A stretch of 64,000 bases of DNA from contig JAAOMT010000058.1 of the NCBI GenBank assembly GCA_016748015.1, positions 62,001 through 126,000 of the forward strand, in the 5' to 3' direction. The position numbers and the translations under genes are program-made. The notes under the pieces were generated by a model, which saw nothing but the letters and a program-made list of their open reading frames with translations, was not told where the DNA came from and searched no databases. This document shows positions 1 to 13,100 of the stretch, one piece after another (positions within the stretch are counted from its first letter, which is position 1; each line of letters opens with the position of its first letter). The DNA comes from Geosiphon pyriformis uo1. Taxonomy: Eukaryota > Fungi > Glomeromycota.

Positions 1-461
1 GTTACTATCCACCAGCTCCACAATCAATGCAGCAACAATATCAGCAACCTTTACCAATTCAGCCATATCAAACACCACCCATTCAACAATATCAAGTACC
101 AGCAAGAAGATTGGTTCAACATAACCAATTTACACCCCAAAATCAATTGCAGAATAACCACAACAGAATCAATCCAAATAACCAGTTGGTTCCCCAAAAT
201 TCAGGCCAGCAAAGACCCAATCACTATCACACTTAACCCAATTATCTTACAATACCAGAGGAATCGGATTTTCAACAAACTGCACTTTCTGAAGGTGAAA
301 TCACAGCACCAAGATCAAACTCTTCCAACCACACCATTCCCCCAGCTCAAATTGCCCAAAATGCTAATCTGTCAGATATATTTCCATTTGAATTTAAGGC
401 AAATGAATCACCATTTCTGCTTAGTAATGCAGCAGTCAATGAACAGAAAGCAATTACTGCC

Positions 462-830
462 ATGTACACAGAAGCTACAGTAGAAGGAAAACCTATTTGC
501 TTAATCTTAGATAGTGGATCAGCTGAAAGTATCATCACTTACCAGCTGATGCAACAACTCAAACAAAATGTAGACAGACCAGCTCAAACAGTTATTGTCA
601 CAGCTAATAATATGAAAAAGACTCCAGTAGGAGAAATTGATAATTTCCCTTTTTCAATTAATGGAATCACCATTCCAGTTAAAGTTCTTGTTATGGATGC
701 ACCCTAATACCAAGCTCTAGTCAGAAATGATTGGCTTCTCAAGGCCAATGCAAACCTGAACTGGGAAACTCAAGAACTTAAAATCTCATACCAAGGACAA
801 TATACCATAGTACCTGCAATCTGTGGTATC
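462..830 (+). pseudogene. Retropepsin-like aspartic protease of Gypsy A
   Basis: PICLILDSGSAESII catalytic D-S-G motif. Continues past a TAA (likely CAA) into ALVRNDWL. Confidence 0.85.
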
Positions 831-1079
831 TTTAACAAACAATCAGAAAAAGCTCCAGTATTTGAATTTGAAGAGAAGAAAGAAATGCCACTTACTGAAA
901 CCTACATGGCTCTTGGATCAACATCCAATTGGGCTGAAGAAACCGAACAAGANNNNNNNNNNNNNNNNNNNNNNNNNNNNNNNNNNNNNNNNNNNNNNNN
1001 NNNNNNNNNNNNNNNNNNNNNNNNNNNNNNNNNNNNNNNNNNNNNNNNNNTGAAAAGCAACCACCTCTACAACTTAAAT

Positions 1080-1500
1080 ATTTTGACAACCATGGCCAAG
1101 GAATCAGACCAGAAAAAGCACACAAAATTAATGCTGGATATGACTTGAGATACCCAGGAAAAGATACTTTGATTCTCCAACCAAAGTCTTTGACAAAAAT
1201 CAATCTAAAAATTGCTCTTGAAATTCCACCAGGAGCAATAGTTCAAATTGCCTTCAGATCATCATTGGCAAGCAAAGAAATCAATATTAGAGGAGGAGTT
1301 ATAGATGCAGGATATACTGGAGACATTACCATCATGTTACAGAATGAGACAGACAAACTATTCAAAATTGAACATGCTGAAAAAATTGCTCAAGCAATTT
1401 ACTTACCCTTAATCAACATTTCAGGGGTTTACAATCAGTAAACAACAGAAAACAATTGGGAAAAAGTGAAAGAGGAACTCAAGGTTTTGGTTCAACTGGA
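1080..1500 (+). pseudogene. dUTPase domain of Gypsy A, between PR and RT
   Basis: Trimeric dUTPase motifs: AGYDL, RSSLA, GGVIDAGYTG, KIAQ and ERGTQGFGSTG. A frameshift lies near 1430. Confidence 0.9.
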
Positions 1501-2029
1501 CAATTTACAGTTCCAGTAAACATAATTCTTAATACACAAAATGAATCTCACCAGATTCTTCAACTTCCTCAGCCAATTACCATTTCACCTTTTGGAGAAC
1601 ATCATGAAATTTACATTTGCTCAAAACCCACCACTACACAACAAATCTTTGAATCCAATGAACAAATCTGTTTGAAGCATGAAATATCAATTCCAACGTT
1701 TATATTCCCAAAGGAATGAAAAAATTTTGAGTTACATTCTACAATCCCAATAATTACCCTATTGTTTTATTAAACAAATTAGAAATTGGAATCATACACA
1801 GCAATATCTTTCAAGATAAAAACCCTCAAATTGTCTCTAATTTCATCGAAATTATAAAGCACATTTTACTCCCAAATCCAAATATCATTCCCACTACTGA
1901 AAACTACTACTTGTTGGAAGAAAAACTCTTTCGAATCAATATGGGTTCCTTAGAACCTCAATAACAAAGACAATTGAAACAATTAATAGCTGAATTTGCA
2001 GATATATTTGCAAAAGACAACAATGACTT

Positions 2030-3334
2030 GGGAAAAACAGACATTGTTCAACATCAGATCCATACAGAAGATGCTTTACCAAAACGTTAACAAGTTTATC
2101 GAGTGCCACCTGCCAGCCACCAATTTATCAGAGAAGAGGTCCAAAGAATGCTCAATAATGGATTGATTTAACCATTAAGAAGTCCTTGGGCCTCACCAGT
2201 AGTTTTGGTTAAAAAGAAAAATGGAAAAATTAGATTCTGTGTTGACTATTGCCAATTGAACAGTGTGACAATTAGAGATGCCTACTCTTTTCTAAGAATT
2301 GATGACATGCTAGATGCTCTAGAAAAAGCCAAGTTCTTTTCAACTTTAGACTTGGAAAGTGGATACTGACAAGTCAAAATAGACCCAAAACAGCATTTAC
2401 CACCCAGGGAGAAAACTATGAGTTCAATATTATGCCTTTTGGACTCTGCAATATACCAGCAACATTCCAGCAACTCATGAATGTTGTATATAAAAGACTC
2501 TTGTGGCAATTAGTAGTTGTCTATCTTGATAACACTGATGTATACTCACCAAGCTTTAAGACTCATCTTATTCATCTGCAAGAAGTTTTTCAATGATTAT
2601 GGAAAGCAGGATTAAAGTTAAACATTGAAAAATGTCACTTTAGAAAAACAAGCTTAATTTTTCTCAGACACATTGTTAGCAAAGATGGAGTCAAACCAAA
2701 TTCTGGAACAATCAGTGCTGTCAAAAACTTTCAAACTCCCAGAAATACCACAGAACTACGAAGATTTGTAGAATTAGCCTCTTACTATCAAAAATTTATA
2801 AAAAAATTCTCAGAAATTGCCAAACCACTCAATTATCTTACCAACAAAAACGTACCATACAAATGGACTGAAGAACAACAAAAAGCTTTTGAAACTCTCA
2901 AAACAAAATTGACAACAGCCCCAGTTCTTGCTTATCCAAACTTCAACAAACAATTCCAATTAGCCACTGATGCCTCACACATAGCATTTGGTGCCATCTT
3001 ATTACAATTGGATGAAAATGGCCAAGAACAAGTTATTGCCTATGCCAGCAGAACACTCAAGCCAACAGAACTCAAATATGGCTCAACTGAATTAGAAGCT
3101 GTTGCAGTTATTTGGGCTTTTAAACATTTTCAACAATATCTGAAAAATGGAAAAGAATTTGACATAATAACGGACAACATTGGCCTCAAATGGCTCAATA
3201 AAAAGAAAACTGAACAAAGTGCCAAACAGTCTCGATGGAATGACTTCCTAGCAGACTACAGATATATTGTACACCACAAACCAGGAAAACTACATACCAA
3301 TGTTGATAGCCTTTCAAGAATGAGACAAGATTAG
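2030..3334 (+). pseudogene. Reverse transcriptase and RNase H of Gypsy A (stops and frameshifts)
   Basis: LGKTDIVQHQI, SPWASPVVLV, FCVDY, MPFGL and VVVYLDN, followed by ORF 2909-3334 with ATDAS/IAYASR/ELEA/ITDN. Confidence 0.9.
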
Positions 3335-3391
3335 TACCAACAACAATTCCACCACAACTTACCTACTTACCAACAAAATAACCAAACAAGA

Positions 3392-4777
3392 ATGAATCTC
3401 AGAAACTACAGCAATCTTAAAAATTATTTGGAGACCCTTACTATGTCAGAAAACTGGTCTCCAAGTGAAAAACACCACTTACAACATCAATTAAAACAAT
3501 ATTTCATACACCAGAACAAAATTTATTATAAAAATCACAGAAAACCAAACCAGCCACTCAGATTAGTACAAGAGAATGAAAAAAAAACAATTTTATACAA
3601 CATGCACACAGATCCGTCTTCAGCACACTTGAGAAAAGAGGGAACAATTCAAAGAACTCTTGAACATTATTTTTGGCCTTACATGCAAAAAGACATTTGA
3701 CAATATGTAGAATCTTGTGATAACTGCCAAAAAAGAGGAGGAACTTGCCCCACAGAACCTTTAAATTCAATCAAAGTTGGACAATCTTTTGACAGAGTTG
3801 GAATTGATTTAGTCGGACCATTACCTATCACAACCCAAGGAAATTGTTATATTGCAGTTGCAGTGGATTATCTTACCAAATGGCTTGAAGCTAGAGCCAT
3901 CCAAAGAGCAGATGCAAAATCAGTAGCAAAATTCATCTATGAAGACATTATCTGTAGACATGGATGCCCAATTGAACTCTTATCTGATCAAGGAACACAT
4001 TTTGTGAACAACTTAATACAAGAAATTTGTGAACAGTTCAATGTCAAAAGACCTCTATCATCACCTTATCACCTTCAAACAAATGGACTTGTAGAACGTT
4101 TCAACAGAACATTGTGTGAATCTTTAGCCAAAGTCTCAACAGACTTTGAACAGGAATGGGATATTTTTATTCCATCAGTATTACTAGCATACAGAACACT
4201 AAAACAAGATACTACGAAACACACACCATTTGATCTTACTTATGGAAGGACAGCAACATTACCAATTAATTTCACAATGGAAACATATCCAGTGCAACCA
4301 ATCAATGAAGAAAACTTTCAAGAGACACTCCAAAGAAAAGCCTACACTCTTCTTAGTACACTGAAAGAAAAAAGAAGAATAGCAGCAGCTCATATTGAAC
4401 ATTCCCAAGCTTAACAAAAAGAAAAACATGACAACAAATTACCATCTATTACCAACGAATTTAAAGTTGGAAATAAAGTTCTCTTACACAGAACTAAGGC
4501 TGAAAAACAATGAAGTGGGAAATTTGAAAACAAATGGGATGGACCATTTTATATTCACGAAATTCTAGGCAATAGATCATATAAGTTAAGACTTGATGAC
4601 AAAATATTAGCAAAAGTTGCACATGGAGACAGACTGAAACACTATCATTCCAGAAACAATCCTGAATCATTAATTCCACAAATTGGTACACATTTCCCTT
4701 TAATTAATCCTGAAGATATTCCCCAAAATTTAGAACCAATAATTATAATAGAACAACAACCAAATTTGAACACTTAA
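3392..4777 (+). pseudogene. Integrase of Gypsy A (HHCC, rve core, GPF/Y; no chromodomain recognised)
   Basis: MHTDPSSAH...CDNCQ, GIDLVGP, SDQGTHF, NGLVERFNRTL and KWDGPFYI. Confidence 0.9.
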
Positions 4778-4929
4778 ATTTTACAATAATTCTCTACTAA
4801 AAAAAAAAAAAAAACAAAGACAAAAATAGTAAATAATTACAAAACACCCAAACCCAAAAACAAATAAAAACCCCATATCCAAAAAATAATTTTCTTTATT
4901 CTCTCTTTTCATAATTAGTCAATTTTATC

Positions 4930-5425
4930 ATGATTATTCCCCGAAATATTCAACAAATATCCCAAAAATTAATGTTAGTCTTGAAAACACTCCATGACTT
5001 ATCTATAACAATTAATGGAAGTTAAATTAAATACATTCAGAAAGAAACCACAGCCCCAGTAGCAAATCATTTACAGAACTATCACCTCTATAGAAAAGAA
5101 ACAAGAAGTCACTCTAAGAATAGATTACCAAGACTTTTGAAGCAGGCACTAGAAGAAAATCTGCTAATTGCCCCTATTGACATTCTACCAAATGCTATAA
5201 TGCAACAAAAACTACTACTACTTCTTAATGAACAGAACAATGAACACACCCCTATCTATAGATATTTTCAAATTGGAAAAACACTTTATGAACGAAAACT
5301 GGAACTTGAAGCAACAAATCTCACTCCTAAAGTTATACAAAAACAAATCTACAATGAATTCAAAACAGCAGCTGGACCAACAAACACTTGCTACAAACTT
5401 AGAGCAGCTTTTAGACTCTATGATT
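4930..5425 (+). pseudogene. Extra ORF3 (env position) of Gypsy A, unknown function; runs into an N-gap
   Basis: ATG at 4930 is in frame with ORF 5137 with one internal TAA. It is separated from the integrase by an A-rich spacer. Confidence 0.65.
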
Positions 5426-5558
5426 NNNNNNNNNNNNNNNNNNNNNNNNNNNNNNNNNNNNNNNNNNNNNNNNNNNNNNNNNNNNNNNNNNNNNNNNNNN
5501 NNNNNNNNNNNNNNNNNNNNNNNNNNNNNNNNNNNNNNNNNNNNNNNNNNNNNNNNNN

Positions 5559-6198
5559 AGAAAAAGTGCAAGTTTATAAATTAGTACTACAACAAGTTGT
5601 ATAAAAGAAGAGCTTTTTTCTTCTGGAAAATGTATCTTACTTTAGATTTATCTCTTAAAACCGTTTCTATACACACAAAAAGAAATAAATATCAAATAAT
5701 TCAAAAAACCAAATTCTTTAATTATTGTACTTGGAAAATCCCCAAAACCCAACTAACATTTCGAAATTGATTAGCTACCAATTTTAGTAAACTGTTAGTG
5801 ACTCCAGGCCTGAATAGAAAACGTTTCTCTTGACAAAATTCTATTTCTTTTACATTTCTTTTATTTTCTTTTATTTTTTTTATTACAATCATTAGGGTAG
5901 CCTACAGACAAGATTCCTGTAGAAAAGTTGACTTTCACAGCAAAGTAACTACACATTTTTAGTAAGCTTCCAGACGAACAATTCCTGGAAAAAAGTTGAC
6001 GTTTACTACAACATAACTACATAAAGTAACTGACAAGGAATTGGCCATTTTGCTTATAAGCCCAGCAGTTCAAATTATAGGAGATAATTTGAAGATAAAT
6101 TCAGTTATTGGAGGTTCAACTACTTCCTAAAAATGTGAATTCACAGCAAATCAACATTATCAACATTTAAGAAAAGAGACCAAAAACCTCTGGTAACA
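5559..6198 (+). repeat. 3' LTR of Gypsy A (start probably hidden in gap 5426-5558)
   Basis: TATAAAAG at ~5600, AATAAA at ~5684 and a TAACA end at 6198. The downstream sequence reads C-I-H-M-I-Q-H-T-I, the pre-RT segment of element B. Confidence 0.6.
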
Positions 6199-6253
6199 AT
6201 GTATTCATATGATACAACACACTATTACCACCAAAAAAACTTGACCCATTTAT

Positions 6254-7510
6254 TTGAAGCCTTATCAATCCAATTGGCACAATGATGAGTTTATCAAAAA
6301 AGAGATAAACCGAATGAAAAAACTTGGATTCATACAAGAAACCAAGAGTGAATGGGCTTTCCCAGTTGTAGTAGTATCCAAAAAAGATGGAACACTATGC
6401 TTCTGTGCCAACTACTGCCAATTAAATACGATCACTGAAAGAGACATGTACCCACTTTTCAAGATTGATGCAATATTAGATCAATTCAAAGATGCTGCTT
6501 TCTTCTCAACCATTGACTTAACTGCTGGATTTTGGCAAGTAGAGATGGATCCAGAAAGCAGAAAGAAAACTGTCTTTATTACTAAGTATGGCACTTATGA
6601 ATTTACAGTCATGCCTTTTGGTCTCACCAATGCCCTTTCTACCTTTCAATGTTTAATGAATAAAGTATTTGAATCAGTCAAAGAAAACTTTGTTCTAGTC
6701 TATTTGGATGACATAATGGTATACTCAAAAACCTGGGATGAACACCTGGAACATTTGCAAAAGGTTTTTGACCTTCTCAGAAATGCTGGTCTCAAGATCA
6801 ACCCAATCAAATCTTTCTTTAAAAGACAATCCACCCAGTTTTTTGGTCATCTTATCACAAAAAATGGAATCTTTTTTGACCCAGCCAAAGTTGAAAAAGT
6901 CCAAAACATCAAACAACCAATAAACATTCATGAACTACGCTCTTTTTTTGGTTTGGCCTCTTATTATTGCAAATTTGTCAAGGATTTCTCCAAAATTGCC
7001 TCTCCTTTCAATCAACTACTCAGAAAAAATGTCAATTACCATTGGAGAACACATCAGCAAAAAGCCTTTGAAACTTTAAAAGAAAAATTGGTTACAAAAC
7101 TCATTCTCAAGCAACCTGATCTAGATCGACCCTTTATTCTCCACACTAATACATCTGGCTTTGGACTTGGTGCTGTTTTCTCCCAGAAAGATGAAGATGG
7201 CAAAAAACATGCCATAGCCTATATCAGTAGAACTCTTTTCCCAGCAGAACAGAACTATTCAGTCACTGAACAAGAATGCTTAGCAGTAGTATGGTCCACC
7301 AGTTATTGGAGTAAGTATCTTTTTGGTGTAAAGTTTTTGGTGGTAACAAATCACCAAGCTTTGGTTTGGCTGCACAACAAAAAGAGACTAGAACACAAAT
7401 GGATAACTCACTGGATACTCCACTTGGATGAATTTGACTATGATATTCAACATTGCAAAAGAGCTAATTATCAAAACACCAATGTTCTCTTCAGACTTAC
7501 CATTCAGTGA
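6254..7510 (+). pseudogene. RT and RNase H of Gypsy B
   Basis: [33 protein letters not shown] and HTNTSGFGLGAV. Many D>N, R>C and P>L changes. Confidence 0.92.
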
Positions 7511-7570
7511 CAGAACAAACCTCTTAAACCAAATCAACTTAATTATTAGTAATTCCCCCTTTTTGACAAA

Positions 7571-8786
7571 CATGATAATAGACTTGGACAACTACTCTGC
7601 CTTAATGGAATTTTTGGGTAAAGGACAATACCCACCGAAATACACATAACAACAAAAAGAACATTTGCGCAAACAATCAAATTTCTATTTGATTCATTAG
7701 AGAGTCATCAGATTTGAAGAAAGAGAAATTGTGATCTACAATATGCACACTGATCCATTAGCTGGACACTTTGGAAAAACAAAAACAATTCAGAAAATTT
7801 TAGTTTGCTATTATTGATCTACCTTGGGAAAAGACATTGCTGAATACATCAAAACCTGTGATATCTGCCAAAGAAGAGGAAAACCCAATTGCAAAGAAGA
7901 TATTCATCCAATCTCTGTTGGTCAACCCTTTGACAGAATTGGTATAGATGTTATTAGATTTTTAACAATAACTCCTGATGGCAACAGATACATTATCACA
8001 GCTACCGACTATCTTACAAAGTAGGTAGAAGCAAGAGCCACTCCAGACCAAACAGCAGTCTCAATAGCCAATTTCATTTATGAAGATATCATTTGTTGCC
8101 ATGGCTGCCCCAAAGAACTTTTATCTGACAGAAGAAGAGCTTTTCTCAATACACTTGTTGAAGAACTTTGCAAAAAAATGAGAATACGTCACAAACTTTT
8201 CTCTCTTTATCACCCCCAAACAAATGGCCTAGTGGAATATTTCAATAGAACACTATGTGAAACTCTAGCCAAAACCAGCAAAAAAACAAACTTATGGGAC
8301 AAAGTACTGCCTTCAGCTTTGTTCACTTATAGAACTGTAAATCATAACATAACAAGTTATGAACCCTTTTATCTACTCTATGAACGAATAACAACCTTAC
8401 CAATAGAAACTGACATTGAGACAATACTCTTTGAAGAAATAACAATAGGGAATTACAAAGACATTTTGCAAAGAAGACTTGGTACTATTCTTGACTCATT
8501 AGTAGAAGCATGGATAATTGCCTTTGAAAAGATAAAACAATTCCAAGAGAAGCTTAAGAAAAAGAAAACATATAAAACACTTTCCTTAAGTGTTGGCGAC
8601 TTAATTTTAAAATACCATTCAAACAGAGACAATGTCTATGGTGATAAATTCTCTAGCCAGTGGAAAGGACCCTTTATAGTCAACAAAGTTTTGAACAATA
8701 GTTCTTATATCTTACAAGATCAATATAGAACAATCTTCAATAATCACCCTGTTTATGGCACACAACTCAAAAAATATCACAAATGA
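7571..8786 (+). pseudogene. Integrase of Gypsy B
   Basis: MHTDPLAGH, CDICQRRG, IGIDV, HPQTNGLVEYFNRTL and WKGPF. Confidence 0.88.
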
Positions 8787-8887
8787 CTTGATTGGTTACC
8801 TGTTGTGGTAATACTGACCCAAATGATCAACAAAAATCAGATATAAATAAATGCACCATTCCCAAAACAGAGATATCTTCAATTGAC

Positions 8888-9513
8888 ATGAACAATTATT
8901 TCCTAGATCAAAACATTTAAAACGCTTTTTACACTCTCCATGAGTACTGGATCAAAAATTATTCAAATGCTACTCTGACTATTGGAAAACAAACCACCAT
9001 AACTGATAACTGTAGAATACATACTGTTATTAGACCAAAGAAAACCACTACCAGAAGAGAAAGAATTGGTAGCAAAATAGATAAGTATTTGCTGGAAAGC
9101 ATAACAGCAGTAATATTTATATCTTCCATAACAATTGGAAAAACGATTAAGGAAATCTTGCCCATAGACAAAAACTTGTTATATGGAAAACAACTAGAAT
9201 TCTATGGTCATCTTGGTGAAATCATAAAAGAAATGAAGCTCATGAAGAAAACAACTTCAGAGATACAAGTGGAAATTTTGGGCATTATATGTTTAGATGT
9301 CCTAAGAGTTTTGACCATTGCAAAAAGAGCCAAAACTCTTATACAAAGATTTGGTCTCTTGGATACAAAGCTTATTTCACCTTAAGTACTATACACTCTA
9401 TTCACAAAAGACTTCAACAAACTAGTTAGTTTTGAGTTAGACAAAATCCTTTAATTAGAATACCCTATAAATAGCTTGATTTTGCCAGAGCTCAATCTCT
9501 TTGGAGAGGATGA
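8888..9513 (+). pseudogene. Extra ORF3 (env position) of Gypsy B, unknown function
   Basis: ATG at 8888 is in frame with ORF 9089-9385. The frame runs to the PPT with three TAA stops, each explicable as CAA>TAA. Confidence 0.65.
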
Positions 9514-10169
9514 TGTTATGGTTGAAACCCATAATTTTTATTAATTATCACATGTATTAGCCACTGATGTCATATAATTAGCCACTCTATTTTTAGATAG
9601 TAATCATTGACCTGATTAATGACTTGACCATTGACCTGGTTATTGACCACTTTCATTAGTTATATAAGCAATAAGTCTCTTAGCTATAGAAAATTATTTT
9701 TCAGACAAAAATCAAATAAATAAAAATAACAACTTTTATTTCAATCACTCTTTTATTACTAATTTCCTTTTCTCTATCTTCAAGTATCCAAATATCTTAG
9801 AATAAAAGATTACTTGTTGGCCTTTTTCTGTTTGAATAATTGTAGTATTTGAAGACTATTTGTATAAACATGACTGAAGAGCACAAGTTGATACCTAATA
9901 TTGAATTCTAAGAGTGCTGACGTGAAGGCATAGAATTAATACCAGTGGTGATCAATTGTTGACAGTATGGACTATCCCTCTACCTTCAGATTCCCCAGTT
10001 ACCTTTGAAAAGAATAGCGACTGAGATATTTTATAAGACTGATCTCGCATATTGAATTCATACTCATTCAATTTGCTCTTTAAAGTTGAATTCCCCTTTG
10101 ATTATTTCCATCACCTTACAATCCTGTTCTTTCTTGCTATCCATTAGCTTGTTACTCCAATCTGTAACA
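9514..10169 (+). repeat. 3' LTR of Gypsy B (LTR family B)
   Basis: TGTTATGG...CTGTAACA preceded by a PPT. Colinear with the reverse complement of 45659-46346. Confidence 0.9.
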
Positions 10170-13100
10170 ATATAATTGAAAATAATATTTGTTCTAGTGT
10201 TATCTTACATTATTTGTTATGTGTCAAGAAAAACTATCACAAATTCAAATACTATAAATTCAAGACTGCCAGGAATGATTTTATTAGGAAAGCTATTGAC
10301 AAACATATGGATAATTTTTGTTTTGATAAGAGAAAAATGATTAGAAGTGTCCTGAATTGGTCTTTTTGAAAGGCGGTGCTTGATTATTTGGTAGTAGATA
10401 ATGAGCTGGTTTTGGAGTCTCAATTGGTCAAATTCTTGGTTGATACTATCATGGAAAAATAGACAAGAAAGTATTTGGTGCTTAGTTTTATTTTTGTTTG
10501 TTGACTTAACCAGTATACTTCTTTTAATTATGTTGATAATATGGTCTTTTCAGGTGTTATATGTGATATTGGTTTCAATAAGTTTTTGCAAGTTGTTAGG
10601 TTTTTGCCTAATAGGAAAGCTGCTGGTCTTTCTGGTATTCCTAATAAGCTTTGGAAACATAGCAACCAATAGATTCTGAATGATTTGTTGAATATTTTGA
10701 ATATGTATTTAAGATCTGGTACAGTTCTTAAGCAATAGAAAAGGGTCTGGATTTTAATGATACTAAAGTCTTATGATTGGAAAAGGGCTTTTATTAATAC
10801 AAAATCAATAATATTGGTTGAGACAGCAAGGAAAATTTTATCTAAGATTCTATCTGATAAGATCTCTTTGGCTTGTAGTAATTATGATGTGCTGTATGGA
10901 GATAACTTTTCAGTTTTAAAAAACACTTCCACTCAAATTTTGATTTTTACTATTGGTTCTGTTGTTGAGGATGCACTAGAAAAGAATCATAATGTTACTC
11001 ATAAAATATAGGAAATATATTAGCATATAATTAGCCAATCAAAAGTAGCCATAGTAAATATGGAATTCTAAAATTTCTGGTGTGAAAAATCAAAGAATTG
11101 AGAAATTTCAATTATGTATATATAGCAGTAGCATTAGAAGAAAAAAAGACAGACCTTTTAGTTTAGATTTTATCTAAGCAATCTTTTATATTACAAATAT
11201 CAAATAAATAATTATTCACTATTTCAAATCTACTCTCCACTATTAATGTTTTATGTTAATAATAATTGATACTTAATCATGCTAAAACAATAGCTCTTGA
11301 TTATGGCTATTGACAAAATATTAACATTCATTGTCTTGGCTTATTTTTTCTTTTCTTTTATTTTCTTTTTATGTTATTTTGTTATTTCTTATTGTGTACT
11401 AATTGATTAAAAAAATTAAAGCTCTAAGTTATTAACATCACAGATAGCCTAGTAAAAGACCCAGAAATAAAAGTAGAATTATATATATATTAACAGATAG
11501 CTTATCAGAAGGGCATAACTACCAAATTAAACTAGCTACCATGCTGAAAACAGAAATTGGGAAAATAACTTGAAAAATCAACCAAAACTAACCATAGAGA
11601 ATCTTTGTCTATTATACAAAAAACTCAACTAAAATCTTTAGATCATGAAAATCTTCAGATATTACCAACTATTTCAAACTATTGAGCACCAAGTTATGAG
11701 TTTGTTATTTGCTTTAAGACCCCAAATAATTATCTGTAACAGTAAGCTGTGTCTAGTTTTTCAGAATATGCACAAAGTGTATGACTTAGTTGGTTGGTTT
11801 CACTTAAGAAACAGTTTGGTCAGAATCAAAATGTGTCCTCATTTTATCAAGTTTTTTGAGAGCATATATAATAATTTTGTCAATTAGGTAATGACAGATT
11901 TTGGGCTTATGAATGGATATACTGTTCATGATGATTTGGATCAAAGTGAAGTATTCTTATCTTTGTTATAAAGAATTTTTTATGATTCTTTATTGTGTAA
12001 GGTTAAGAGATATAAGAGTTTGTATAAATACTGGTTGGACTTAAAGTTTTTTACATAAACTGACAAGTAGAATTACAAAGGTGGTTTGACATTATATTTG
12101 GCTGCAAAGACATTTATGAATGACAATATTTGGATTAGGAATAGCATGGCTACTACTCAGTGTATCTTGAATATAGCTAGCAAATTTTTTCATATTAATG
12201 ACATTTCAATTAACACTGGAAAAACAGTGGCTATACTTATTAATCACAGAGTTGGGGTTCTTCATTTAACAATTAATGGTTCAGATATTTTGATTACTAA
12301 GAAAGGCAAAACTCATAAATACTTAAGAATTTTTTTATCTACTAATGGTCTTTCAAAGTCCAGCCTTACTAAGACTCAATCAGATGTAAAACTTTTTGTT
12401 AACTTGGTCCTGAGAAAAACAGTCTTTGATAAACAATTTCTCAATCTGGTGTTTGCTATTTTGCAGCTTATTATTGAATACAGATTGCAGTTTAGTCATG
12501 TCTCTGTTAATGTTTATAAAAAATAAGATAGACTGCTAAGGAAGAATTTGAAACTCAAGGCCAACTTGTCTAGAGACTTCTCTAATAAAGCCATTTTCCA
12601 TTCTGAATTATATGGTCTCAAGACTTTTAAACAGTTGCAAACCAAAAACTCTTTGGCAAATTTGGTGCTGTTTGCCAATTTGAAAAGCATTTTTGGCAGG
12701 TTGTTTGAACATAGGGTGATGGATTTGCAAGCCATCAGTTGGATGTCCTAGCAACTCCTTAGTTTTTTAATCATGTTATCATTAGATCTTGTGAATTTTT
12801 TTTTGGCTGACATAACCAACACTCTGGCATTATGCAAGCTTTTATTAAGCAATATTCTGTCAAATTTTTTTTGGACTGATAATGACATAGCTGTTACTGA
12901 TGTTTTGAGTTTGAATTAATATATGAGTGTAATTAGTTTGTTGAAAAAATTTGGCATTATTTTTACAAACCAGCTTTTGAACTGTTACAGTACATGTTTT
13001 ACAGGTAAAAAAGACTGAATTCAAAGAGTCTTACTCCTGATTGGTTCAGTTTGTTAATGAATTTCATTGGATATGGAGGTTTGGTTGATGATTGTGTTCT

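Larger units (their letters stand above)
1..6198 (+). mobile_element. Ty3/Gypsy LTR retrotransposon A (5' part outside window, degenerate): gag tail-PR-dUTPase-RT-RH-IN-ORF3-LTR
   Basis: Ordered motifs: ILDSGS protease, dUTPase, RT (SPWASPVVLVKKK, FCVDY, YLD), RNase H (ATDAS, IAYASR) and integrase (SDQG, NGLVERFNRTL, WDGPF). Ends in ...GGTAACA at 6198, after which the pol of element B resumes. Confidence 0.92.
6199..10169 (+). mobile_element. Ty3/Gypsy LTR retrotransposon B (3' half): RT-RH-IN-ORF3-PPT-LTR
   Basis: ORF 6254-7510 with YLDD, integrase fragments 7571-8786, PPT GGAGAGGATGA and LTR TGTTA...TAACA. Confidence 0.92.

Noticed and set aside
3334-3392. Programmed stop or readthrough between RNase H and integrase
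   Set aside because: The TAG is in frame and simply explained by CAG>TAG in a heavily C>T-mutated copy.
5631-6216. TGTATC...GATACA inverted ends as the boundaries of LTR A or a MITE
   Set aside because: GATACA falls inside the resumed pol frame of element B (C-I-H-M-I-Q-H). The TAACA end at 6198 fits better and matches the other families.
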